Assembly: GCF_964204645.1 (NCBI RefSeq) | Contig: NC_134036.1 | Location: 5,176,600-5,240,599 of the forward strand | Origin: Tubulanus polymorphus | Lineage: Eukaryota; Animalia; Nemertea | Length of the DNA stretch: 64,000 bases | Reading direction: 5' to 3' | Part shown: piece after piece, positions 11,632 to 22,455 of the stretch | Numbering within the stretch: position 1 is the stretch's first letter | Layout: every line of letters begins with the position of its first letter | Notes under the pieces: generated by a model | Seen by the model: only the letters and a program-made list of their open reading frames with translations | What the model was told of the DNA's origin: nothing | Database searches by the model: none | Position numbers and translations under genes: made by a program

Positions 11632-14600
11632 GTAAGTTTCTGATTATACCGAGTGAAAAAAAAAAACACTGAGGTCAATTTCGGAAATGGGTGGATTGCA
11701 TGAATTCAACTCCAGGACTGGTAAAAGTAGATCTCCAGGCTGACTACACAGCACGTATTCTTCCGCGAGTAGGGAGAATCGTTGATGAGCGAGGTAGAAT
11801 GTAAAATAGGTCGGCAATTCCCAAATCGTCGGAATTGTCGACAAGTAGTATAGGTCGACAGTTTGAAACCGGAAGACTCACTTCATTTAAAAGAAAACCC
11901 TCCACGATGGAACTATGTTGACCCATTATGGCCACCACACGTAGACGTAGTAATGATGATAATGATGTTATTATAAATATTGTGGTAAATACAATCAGGC
12001 CTATACGCGCGGTCGGCCGATATATCTTACTCATTACGATATAAATAGTATGCATACATATTATGTAGGCCTAAACGAAACTGAATCGTCCATTTTACAG
12101 ACACTCAGCGCGGCTATAGGCATTGCATCTCGCCTGCAAGATCGGGCTCATTTTCAGGCCCGCGTGCACGGTATTGTCTCGTTTAAATACACGCGTTTGG
12201 GACAGCGTACGACGCTTTCAAAACTCAACACCTTCGATTGACGCTTAGTCCAGTCGTATTCGACCCTTCGATGTTTGTTCGTTCGCGAACTATAAGGATA
12301 AGGATACAAATACCCGGCGATTGTTAAGTCGGACTACAGTTCGTGTATTTGGTAACTGTTATATTTCAAAATCAGAAAATCCGTTCATTAACGGTAGCCC
12401 TACGTATTTGTATCTTAGTGTATGCTCGCGCGTCGCGATTTGCGTACGAACGAAGCGAAATTTAAAAATTCGAAAATTAACGGTTATCTTAACGGGTGTG
12501 AGCTCGACGAATCGATCTCATACGAATCAATCGGGAAAAAAAACGAATACCAACATTTGAAGAAATAAAGAAAAAAAAACAGGATAAATAAGGCGACATT
12601 AATTATAGTTTCTGTTATCGCGGACGGTGTCATCGAGATATCGAGCATGGGCAATAGCAAATCGACGTTGGGTGTTTTTCGGCGCGATAAGTTGATCCAC
12701 GAATTCAGAACATTTTACGGTAAGTTTTTGAGATCCCTATAATGGAAGCGAATGATAGGAACTCCGAAACGGATAACAGCTCGCCGCCTAAATGTCTTAC
12801 AGTCGCGTGGATATGGATTGCACGCCGACTATTGCGCAACCATGACTCGACCGCACGATAGAATGATTTTGAGTGAATTGATTCATTTTAGTTATATTTC
12901 TTAATTTATGCACAAAGTAATATTGCACCGAATAATTATGAATACATTCAAATATGATCGTAAGGATGCTTGACGGAGATGCTCTGTCACGCACGTTACC
13001 AATTGTACCCCTAGTGGCCAGCGTAAAACCTTTCCTCTACGTGGATTCGAATCCTTAATGGCACATTCCTAACAGGGATTCCAATCCGATGGCATCGCGA
13101 GACTCAGCCACGTTCCTCCCTCGCAGGGACTTTGACCAGTCGGTATATCATAGCACGGTGGCGCAGTTTTTAAATCCTTACCCCAGTAGATCCATCTTCT
13201 AATAGCAGGGATCTGAAAACAAAGGATACTTTTAAACCGCTATAGCGTTCAAACAACCTGATGGTACATGTGCAATTCGGACCGTTCATTATTCGTCTTT
13301 CCAAACGTACTATCTATTTCTAAACCCGATAAACCATTATTCGGGATATATGTCGAATCATCAAATTACTTTGCGATTAAGCACGTACACGACGTATCGA
13401 CGCACTTTTGCGAAACTACATTAACCGCATTAGAACGACTCGTATCTCGAAATTAAACCGGTTAATCGCGCAGGGTCTAGACGCATTTAAACGCGAATCG
13501 TTATAACGGAATCTCTAGAAAAAGCGACATCTCGCAAACAAAGCGCAATTTCCTTTAAAAGCTCAAGGAAACATTCGCGCTTTTCTCTTGCGGTATCGTT
13601 GGATTTCGTATCTTATATAATTCAACGTATATAGCTTACGAGTACTCTTCTCCGAGATAGTACGAGCGTATTTTTATACGTCCGTTTTGACAACATGTCA
13701 TCGTCGTAATACGCGCGCCGGTACAAAAACAAACCGCGCATATATCCGCGGCACAGGTTCGGCTCTCGAACAGGTGGCTAAAATCGCACGCAGGTTTCGA
13801 CGCGCGCGGCCAACGAATCAAACCGTTGTTTATACGATAGCAAAATTGAAATCTTTCATATAAGCAGCGTTATGCGATAGTATATCGCGATAAAGGATTG
13901 TTAATTTTCACATATAGGCTTTGTTATCCGCGCCGAGTTGCCGCCTAAATACACGATCGGGCCTATTTCGGACCTGTCGGTTGTTTTGTTTACATCGCGT
14001 GCTGTCGGGACAGGGCTCGACGCGGCCTGGACTCGATATTTTGACTGAATGACTGACTGACCGACCGACACATTGTCAGATCACTAGCACCGAGTGTATT
14101 AGCTTGTTTACTATACAAACGCTATAGCTTGTAAGAAATATATTTGGCCGTCCTGGTTACACTTGGATTAACCCGGCTATCAAGGGATAAAAGTACTTTA
14201 CGGTAAAGTCGGACTATATTGAGATTGTGGATGTTTTAGTAACCGTTTACAGGTGAAAATTCCAATTCGGATTCGCGTGGATTTGTGCGTGTGTTAGAAA
14301 TTTCGATATTCGAAAATTCAAAATATAACCGTTATTCAACGTGCGCGTGATTGGATTTTTGAAAAAATATAGTCGACGCGCTATAGTGAAGTTTCGAGAG
14401 AAGAGAGGATATCCGAAATTAGAATAGTAATCGATATCCTCGATAGCGATGGGCGCTAAGTTAGCCAAGGCGTTCGAATCCGGCTCGGGACCGCAGCCGC
14501 TGAGCGCTTTCAGAAAACATAAACTAACGCACGATTACCATACGTTTTTCGGTAAGTATTCCTATTGACCTCAGTTGAAAGCTGGTTGATTCGCGGTAGA

Positions 14601-17600
14601 TATGGGTATGCGAGGGGACGGTTTTAAAGGTTTGGGTCGTTGATGAAATCGTCGTCTTATTTTTTTCGGGTTAGGGCAGGTAGGAGCAATCCCAGACTGA
14701 AACGCTTATCACTGTATTACTGTTCGTTTATGCTAAACAGGATATGAACTACAAACACCAGAAATCAGACATTTTATCAGCGCGCTTTCGCAAAATGGTC
14801 TCGCAAACATCACAAAATGGTCTCTTGAAGGGTGTTTTCAGCATTCTTAATCGAAGAGATCAACTACTAACACTGGACATTAGATATTTTATCGGCGCAC
14901 TTTACTACCTGCAGACATTTGGCTTGCTTTAGGCACGCTTTCAAAAAACTTATCGTCCACACATAACATGTCGTTCAGCATTTTTGAATGAAAATTGATT
15001 ACTAATTTCAGACATTAGACATTTTTATCAGTGCATTTTCAAAAACTGATCGTCCATGTCTTCATTTCATTTTCATTGTCCCACAAAAACATGTTTTGCA
15101 CAGAATATTCATTCATTCAATTCTAACAGTAGATGGCGTCGTGCCTTCACGCGTGTTTTGCATTTTTGCATTTAAATTTGTACTTACAAACACCGGACAT
15201 CAGACATTTTATCGGCAAACTTTCAAAAACTGGTCGTCCACGCTACACGTGCTTTCAGTGTGTCAACCGACACACTTTTGATTGAAATTCAAATTGAGAC
15301 ACCATAAATTAGACATTTATCAGTCTTTATACATCCAAGCGATCATGAACCATTGATTAATCTCCGAATGGTTTTGCGCTGCGGATTGACGCATGTATCA
15401 CACACAGAAATAGAGACAAATACCGTGAAATGGTAACGATTTATTTCGGAGAGCTTCCGAATTTATAAATCATCTCAACTTGTTTATTTTCTAGATCTGA
15501 ATAAAGATGGCGTTCTTGAATGGAAAGACTTCGAAACAGCTAGAACGGTATTATAACTAAAACTGTATCTTTACTGAGGTCGCCTCATTCTCGACTACTG
15601 CAACTTACTTTATGATTAGTAACTAACGACGACCTTCTCATTCTAAATAATTTCAACGATTCACTAGAATTATGATTAGTTACTAATGACGACCTTCTCA
15701 TTCTAAATAATTTCAACGATTCAGTATAATTATGATTAGTTACTAATGACGACCTTTTCATTCTCAATAACTTCAACGATTCGCTAAAATTATGATTAGT
15801 TACAAATGACGAAATTCTTATTCTCAATAATTTCAACTATTCAGTAAAATTATGATTATTTACTGATGACGACCTTCTCATTCTAAATAATTTCAACTAT
15901 TCAGTAAAATTATGATTAGTTACTAATGACGACCTTCTCTTTCTCAATAATTTCAACTATTCAGTAAAATTATGATTAGTTACTAATGACGACCTTGTCA
16001 TTCTCAATAATTTCAACGATTCACTAGAATTATGATTAGTTACTAATGACGACCTTCTCATTCTAAATAATTTCAACGATTCAGTATAATTATGATTAGT
16101 TACTAATGACGACCTTTTCATTCTCAATAACTTCAACGATTCGCTAAAATTATGATTAGTTACAAATGACGAAATTCTTATTCTCAATAATTTCAACTAT
16201 TCAGTAAAATTATGATTATTTACTGATGACGACCTTCTCATTCTAAATATTTTCAACTATTCAGTAAAATTATGATTAGTTACTAATGACGACCTTCTCT
16301 TTCTCAATAATTTCAACTATTCAGTAAAATTATGATTAGTTACTAATGACGACCTTCTCATTCTCAATAATTTCAACGATTCACTAAAATTATGATTAGT
16401 TACTAATGACGACCTTCTCATTCTCGATAACTTCAACGATTTAGTAAGATTAAGATTAGTAACTAATGACGACCTTCTCATTCTCAATAATTTCAACGAT
16501 TCACTATTTTATGATTTGTTACTAATGATGAGTTTTATTTTCTGTGCAGCATATTTGTCAATTGAGTAAATGGAAAGCGTGCGATGAACGTTACGATCGT
16601 ACTCAAAAACTGTTCATAAAAATCTGGGAGGCCCTGTCGACAATCGCCGACAAGAACTTCGACGGAAAAATATCCGAGGAGGAATGGGTAAGCGCTGGCC
16701 ATAATATAAGATCAGATTGAAATTTGAAATACAGTTAACTCTGTCTGTTACTGCGGTTAAATTGAGACATTCTACCCCGAGTTGGCGTCAAAAACTGAGC
16801 AAGAGTTTGCGAAATACAGTAGACTCAGTCTCTTACTGCGGTTAAGTTGAGACTGGTAAAATATTATACCGCAAGTTGGTGTCAAATACTGAGTTTGTGA
16901 AATACAGTAGATCTTACTGCCGGTGAAGTTGGGACAGATTCTAACCCGAGTTGGCGTCAAATACGGATCATGAGTTTGACGAATATAAGGCCTTACAGTC
17001 GACTCCTTCTTTTACCTGGCGGAGTTTGAAGTGAAACGATGGCGGGGTCGGTGCCAATAAACAGTTAACATTTGCTTGTTTTGCAGGTTGAAATGTGGGA
17101 GACGTACAACAGGAAAATGTACGAAGAACAAGAGAAGGCGAAAGCCGAAAAGCGGCAACCTGAAAACGTGCTACCAAAATGGCTCGACATGTACGTGGAG
17201 TACAAGTTCAGCCTGTACGATCGAACGGGTAAGAAGTGTTCGTCGTTTTGAGGTCGCTTCTAATCAGTCGGTGGCTACAGCGGCAAACGACGATTCCGTC
17301 CGTGGCATGCGAGGATCCGCCAGGCGCGCTAGCGGTTGTACTCGCCAATTCATACAGCCTCTGACGTAAATCGATAATCCTATGTAGACTCTCACCATAC
17401 AATGAGTGGAAAATTTCTATGATATATTTATTTGATTTGATCGAAGATATGCGTACTCTTGAGTCTATTAAGTCTAAGAATTAAATGGTGGCTGATTCGG
17501 GCCATGTTTAAAAAATAGAAATATGAAACGCGGTCTTCACTGATTCGGGTCACATGAAGTCTATCTTCAGGAATGCTGAAGTATGAATACTGAGTATATT

Positions 17601-19858
17601 CCTGAAGCTGACTTTTAGTTTATAGTCGAAACGTTGAGTAAACTACCAGTTCAAGTGAACATTTTCGGATTCTATTTTCTCGTCTTCATTGTGGGATTCT
17701 CGTTAAACTGCCCTAAAGGTTTTTGGCCAGTCAGCGGGACTCGCAGAACCCGCTTATCACGCCTCATCCCGCTGGCGGTGCCGCTTTCATGTCGCGGATA
17801 CGTACCTATTTTCCGTCTTCTGATTTCTTGTTATTTCTTTCTTTCTTTCGAAGGCGACGGCAAAATCGACATCGAGGAATTCGAATACGTGCTCGGCGAT
17901 TTCGGAGTGAAGAAACAAGAAGCGCGCACGGCGTTCACCATGTTTTCACAGGCAGGTTTACACGACGTATGTATCTCTGGTGTTAGTTTCTCTCTATATC
18001 CATTCGTATATCGATCGATCTCATCCAGAAACAAAATGGCCGCCTCCATAAATTTGCAAAAATCAATACTCGATCACCGTTGAAAGTCGAATCCGCGTTC
18101 GAATCTGAAACTATTGGACGGTTTTCGACCGACTGGTCAACGGTACCCGTAAAGGAGCCATTTATTTCTGGCGGAGACTTGACGCGAGTGTTTACCCGCA
18201 GCTCACGGCCACCGCTTCAAAGATTCGATGCGAAAGATATTATTAATTCGTTTGATTTTTTATAAATGTACGTTTATAGTTCAATTTCAAATGAAAATGT
18301 CTCCGCCGAACACGTGTGAAGTGTGGACGATCAGTTTTTGATAGTGCGCTGGTAAAACGTCTGATGTCAGGTGTTTATAGTTTTTATTTTCAACTGAAAA
18401 TGTCTCGGACGAAGTACGGAACATTCAAGTCCGGACGATCACTTTTTGAAAGTATGCTGGAAAGAATGTTTACTGTTATTTTCAATATACTGTCAGACTG
18501 AGTGTGGCGAACGAGTTTTTTTCATACTTTTTCATCTTTTATGCAATACACGATATAGCATGCTTGACTGCACTGCACGGAAACGTCCGGGGACATACAT
18601 GTAATATACAGTAATTTCATTAGAAATAACGATCCCAAATCGAAAATGAACACTGATTAAAAAAAAGGGAAAAATGCAAATCGACGATTCCACTTATGGC
18701 AAGCGAGGATCCGTCAGGTTCGCTAGTAGTTACCTCGCTCAATTTCTACTACATTCCACTGAAATCGGGCTAAACTTCTCACTTAAATGAGTCGATCAAT
18801 AACGAGATCTATACCAATCACTAAGTTAATCAAATTAATTTGAAAAAAAAATGAATTTAAAGTTTATTCGGTGGGCCCTGTGTGATGAATTATCAAATAA
18901 GATATTTCACGAAAATCAAGATCAAATAATTTTAGCTTCGGTTTTAGCCTAGCACATACAGCATGATTATCTACATGTTCATATTACTTTTTAATAGCTT
19001 TTTTTCTAGCTTCAAATATCTATCTATACTTTCACCATTCTATAATTAATGCATCTTTTTCGGTGATCCGCGTTTATTATCATTTTCTAAGTACGAATTT
19101 ATTTATTCATCATTTTTCATTTAAAAAAAAAATCGAAAATTCTAAGATTCGACATAGATTCTAGCGTCTTCTTTTATGATCTCGTTTCTTGAAATGTAAT
19201 CGTTTGAGAATGATTAATTCGCAATTGATAATTGGCGATGTAATGTGCCTCGAAAATACTGCCATCATTGATTTTTCTTGAACGAACGTCAATTTCAAAT
19301 GCGCACCAGGTTGAGGTAGGACGATCAATATAACAATTAGTTTTAAAAGAGTCCGTTCGCTCACGCTCGGAGAAAGAGTGATACGATTAGAACGCACTTT
19401 ATACAAATTTAAAACATTTAAAACAAAATCTATTAATCAAGAATTAAAATCATAATCCATATCTATTTGATAATGATAATGATAATATATTTTCTTGATA
19501 TAGCCGCATTTTCTACATAGTAATCTATGAACTTTACATAAAAAAAGAAAATTAAAAAATCGAAAATATATTTCTCAGTAAAATGCAAATCATCGAGATT
19601 ACTAAAGATATTCATCCAGATTAAAGTATTTATTAAGATTAAAATACACGATGCGTTTCGGACAAAGTTATAATTTGCATATGATTCTTTTTCAATTTTC
19701 AGAATAACGAACGCGTCATCGACTTCCCCACGTTCCGCAAACTGTGCGAAGAGTACTATACGTCGGACGATCCGAACGCCTTGGGTAACTTCATAACGGG
19801 GAAGCTGGACTTCAAAGTGGACGAAGACGGTGACGACGAAAAGGGAAAGAAAAAATAG
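11559..19858 (+). CDS. Calexcitin / sarcoplasmic calcium-binding protein-like EF-hand protein (219 or 229 aa depending on first exon)
   Basis: Shared exons 15495-15547, 16550-16687, 17087-17228, 17854-17951 (GC donor) and 19703-19858 join in frame to any of three first exons. EF loops DLNKDGVLEWKD, DKNFDGKISEEE, DRTGDGKIDIEE; fourth loop degenerate. LPKWLDMYV and GNFITGKL resemble calexcitin motifs. Confidence 0.92.
12647..12719 (+). CDS. Alternative first coding exon 1b: MGNSKSTLGVFRRDKLIHEFRTFY(D)
   Basis: Paralogous to exon 1a, same 73-nt length, phase-1 donor G|gtaagt. Confidence 0.85.
14449..14551 (+). CDS. Alternative first coding exon 1c: MGAKLAKAFESGSGPQPLSAFRKHKLTHDYHTFF(D)
   Basis: ATG at 14449; phase-1 donor G|gtaagt; LSxFRxxKLxH motif shared with 1a and 1b; candidate UTR acceptor ttacag at 14253. 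Confidence 0.88.
14743..15330 (+). repeat. Dispersed ~110-bp repeat family in short degenerate arrays
   Basis: Core aactacaaacacc...agacattttatcagcgcactttcaaaaactgatcgtccacac; also at 18265-18500 (-), 22760-23010 (-), 36320-36640 (+) and 37895-38440 (+). Confidence 0.8.
15585..16530 (+). repeat. 60-bp tandem array (~16 units) with a 360-bp higher-order duplication, filling an intron of the EF-hand gene
   Basis: Variant units at 15661, 15721, 15781, 15841 and 15901 recur at 16021, 16081, 16141, 16201 and 16261. Confidence 0.95.
16720..17035 (+). repeat. ~92-bp tandem repeat family
   Basis: gagtttgtgaaatacagtagactctgtctcttactgcggttaagttgag...; also at 37180-37625 and 47045-47230. Confidence 0.85.
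17555..17710 (+). mobile_element. Penelope-like terminus remnant with a degenerate hammerhead-like core
   Basis: ctgaagc-tgact...agtc-gaaacgtt, a short upstream inversion (cttcaggaat...attcctgaag) and tgtgggattctcgtta. Core is CUGAAGC rather than CUGANGA. Confidence 0.5.
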
Positions 19859-20294
19859 AAACGATTTTTTTTTATCGTTCAGCGATATCTTCGCCGAGTT
19901 ATTGTATACTAGAAAAAAAAGAATGTAAATCTCTTAGGTCACTGTTATTGTAAACAAGGATTTATTCGGTGGCTGGAACCGGCAACAAGTCGGGTATAGA
20001 TTTCTTATGAAAATTTCTAAATTTTTCTAAAAGTTTTTTTTTGTGTCTAAGAATGGGATTCGATTCCCTAATTGCGCCTGTGTTGATTTTCGAAAAGCCG
20101 GTTCGTAAAACGCAGGGCAAATTACTCTGTGCATAACCAGGGTAGTTTTGAATACACGCATGAATAGCGTTTCTGTCCCCTTCCCATCGAAAAGGGTCAG
20201 GCGCTTGTACCGTTTGTTTTCAGGGGATTAGAGCCTGAAATAGAGCATGGAAGGGCAGACACTTCCTTAACCATTCAAAATAGTAGTGGTTAGA

Positions 20295-20560
20295 TGCCCC
20301 TGATTGTCAAGAATAGTCTCTGAAATACGGTAAATAACTGCCCGCTGATTGCCGGGTACAATTCCTGAAAATGGTCTACTGTCTCTGATTGTCAGGAACA
20401 GTCTCTGAAAATGGTAATTGTTTTGTGATTGTCAGGAACAGTCTCTGAAATGATTTACTGTCTCCTGATTGTCAGGAACAGTCTCTGAAAATGGTTTGCA
20501 GTCCCCTGATTGTCAGGGACAGTCTCCGAAAATGGTCTAGTGACTTATGATTGTCAGGAG
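20295..20560 (+). repeat. ~40-bp tandem repeat downstream of the EF-hand CDS
   Basis: Units cctgattgtcaggaacagtctctgaaaatggt; relative at ~31810-31960. Confidence 0.85.
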
Positions 20561-22051
20561 TCATTTGTTTATCTTGTTCTAGTCACGCATCGTACTATAT
20601 CTACCGGTGTTGATGATGAAGCCAAAAAATAAACGCGCCATTATACTAACCATCGAAGTACCGGTAATAGTTTTTCGTCAAATTGTCCTATTTTCTTCTG
20701 TCCATAAGTTAACGGTTTCTTAGAACCCCATCGAATTTCGAAACGAAACTAAACGTAACATCCGTCGAGCTTCCACCCGTAAAATCAAAATTTCTACGTC
20801 CCCCAGCGTAAATCGAATAACGATAATCTATTAGAGAAAATAGTTCATAAATAGTCGATCAACTTTTGTATACAAAAATGTTAAATCGTTCTTGATAAAT
20901 CGATTACAATTCACAAATCACTTAGTAATTCAGAAAATCTTCGCGAATACGATAATTAATTGATTTATGAATATTACATGTTCCATAAGCCCTAAATTTT
21001 TATCGTAATCTTATAAATCATTATTATCATAATTTTAATGTTGTACGTTACGTTTTCATAACCATTCCGAATATGAATTATTTCGTCTTCATCTATACGT
21101 GTATAAGTAAATCGTTGTTGTAAACGTGTCATTCGAAAAAGAATCGATACTAAGCGTGGTATGTGTACATGTATTTAATGAGTGTAAAATCATAACGATA
21201 TCGTGTACAAATATATGAATAAGTATACATACAAATCTAGTTTTTTTTGGTGTTCTCCCGATGCGCTATTATTACGAACAGAAAATATACAAATATACCC
21301 AGCTTTACTCGGACAAACTGAGGCCGGCGCAGTCCGAATTAAGGATATGAACATTCTGATTCGGAGTCGGAAACTCGCCTTTCTTGTACGTAATTTTTTC
21401 CTGGCTTGAAATCGACGATACAAGTCATCAGTCGCGTTATTCTATCGCGTTTTTCTTTAAATCGTTATCTCGTAGCCGTTGATTTAATTTTCGAGTCTTA
21501 GTTTTCGGAAAAGTGTCGGAACTCCGACTTATTCAAAATCGGACTTTTTCTAAGTAGTGGGTTTTTTTTCTCACTGCCCACAGATCCGACTTACGCAAAG
21601 TTTGCATATTATATTCGTATAGGCCTTCTAGCGATTCAGAGTACGAATCAGGATATCAGACGTATATTTCGTACCATCTTATTACATTCCGAAATGGGCT
21701 GGGGTGTCATTGATTGGTCGAGATAAGGGTATATAAATGTATCTGTGCTTGGAGATGCCGTGCGCGTGTGAAAAGATTTGGTAATCTTTTCCATTGTAAG
21801 ATACAGCGAAATTCGCAGAAGTTGATGTAATATCCAAACGATGACTAACACTTAGTCAGACATTGAATCAGAAATAGCGTCTAAAAATAGAGAAACGACT
21901 AAACTAATGCGACGAATTAATTTGAATAAATGTATTCTTCATAATTAAAAGAAAATAAACAACTATCATTAGAACTGTTATCACCACACATGTATGTTGT
22001 GTAGACAGATACATATATTTCACAATTTAGTTTTTAAAGTGCATACTTTCA

Positions 22052-22444
22052 TTAGGCTAAACGATTTGATACCTTGTTTCTCCTTTTAGCTGAGATTAAT
22101 GCAGCTGTCAATTTGAGTGCCTGTACCAACCCTCTCAGAGACGATCACCTTTTCAACGACGAAGTCTGGGACAAACGCGTTTATTTCATAAATGGCATGT
22201 TTTGGGAAATGGCGAATGCCTGACGAACGTCTGAGCAGGGGTGTGTACAGACAGCAGGTTTGATAGCTGCATTGATGTTGACCCAGCCGGCCCCTTATCT
22301 ACATTACTTTATTTCAATCATCATCAGGCAAACCATAACAGACCCAGCTGCTATACGTATATAAACTGAGTAAAAACCTTATTGCAGTTTACAAAAGTGA
22401 CCCGGCCGATTAGGAGCATAACAAGGTATCCTTTCTTTGCCTCA
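22052..22444. mobile_element. MITE with GATACCTTGTTTCTCC subterminal inverted repeats, just downstream of the SPC25 stop
   Basis: ttaggctaaacgatttgataccttgtttctcc ... ggagcataacaaggtatcctttctttgcc; same family as 41481-41707. Confidence 0.6.
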
Positions 22445-22455
22445 TAACCGGGTTT

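Noticed and set aside
11559-12719. Exons 1a and 1b as starts of separate paralogous genes
   Set aside because: No second set of downstream EF-hand exons was found between them or before 14449.
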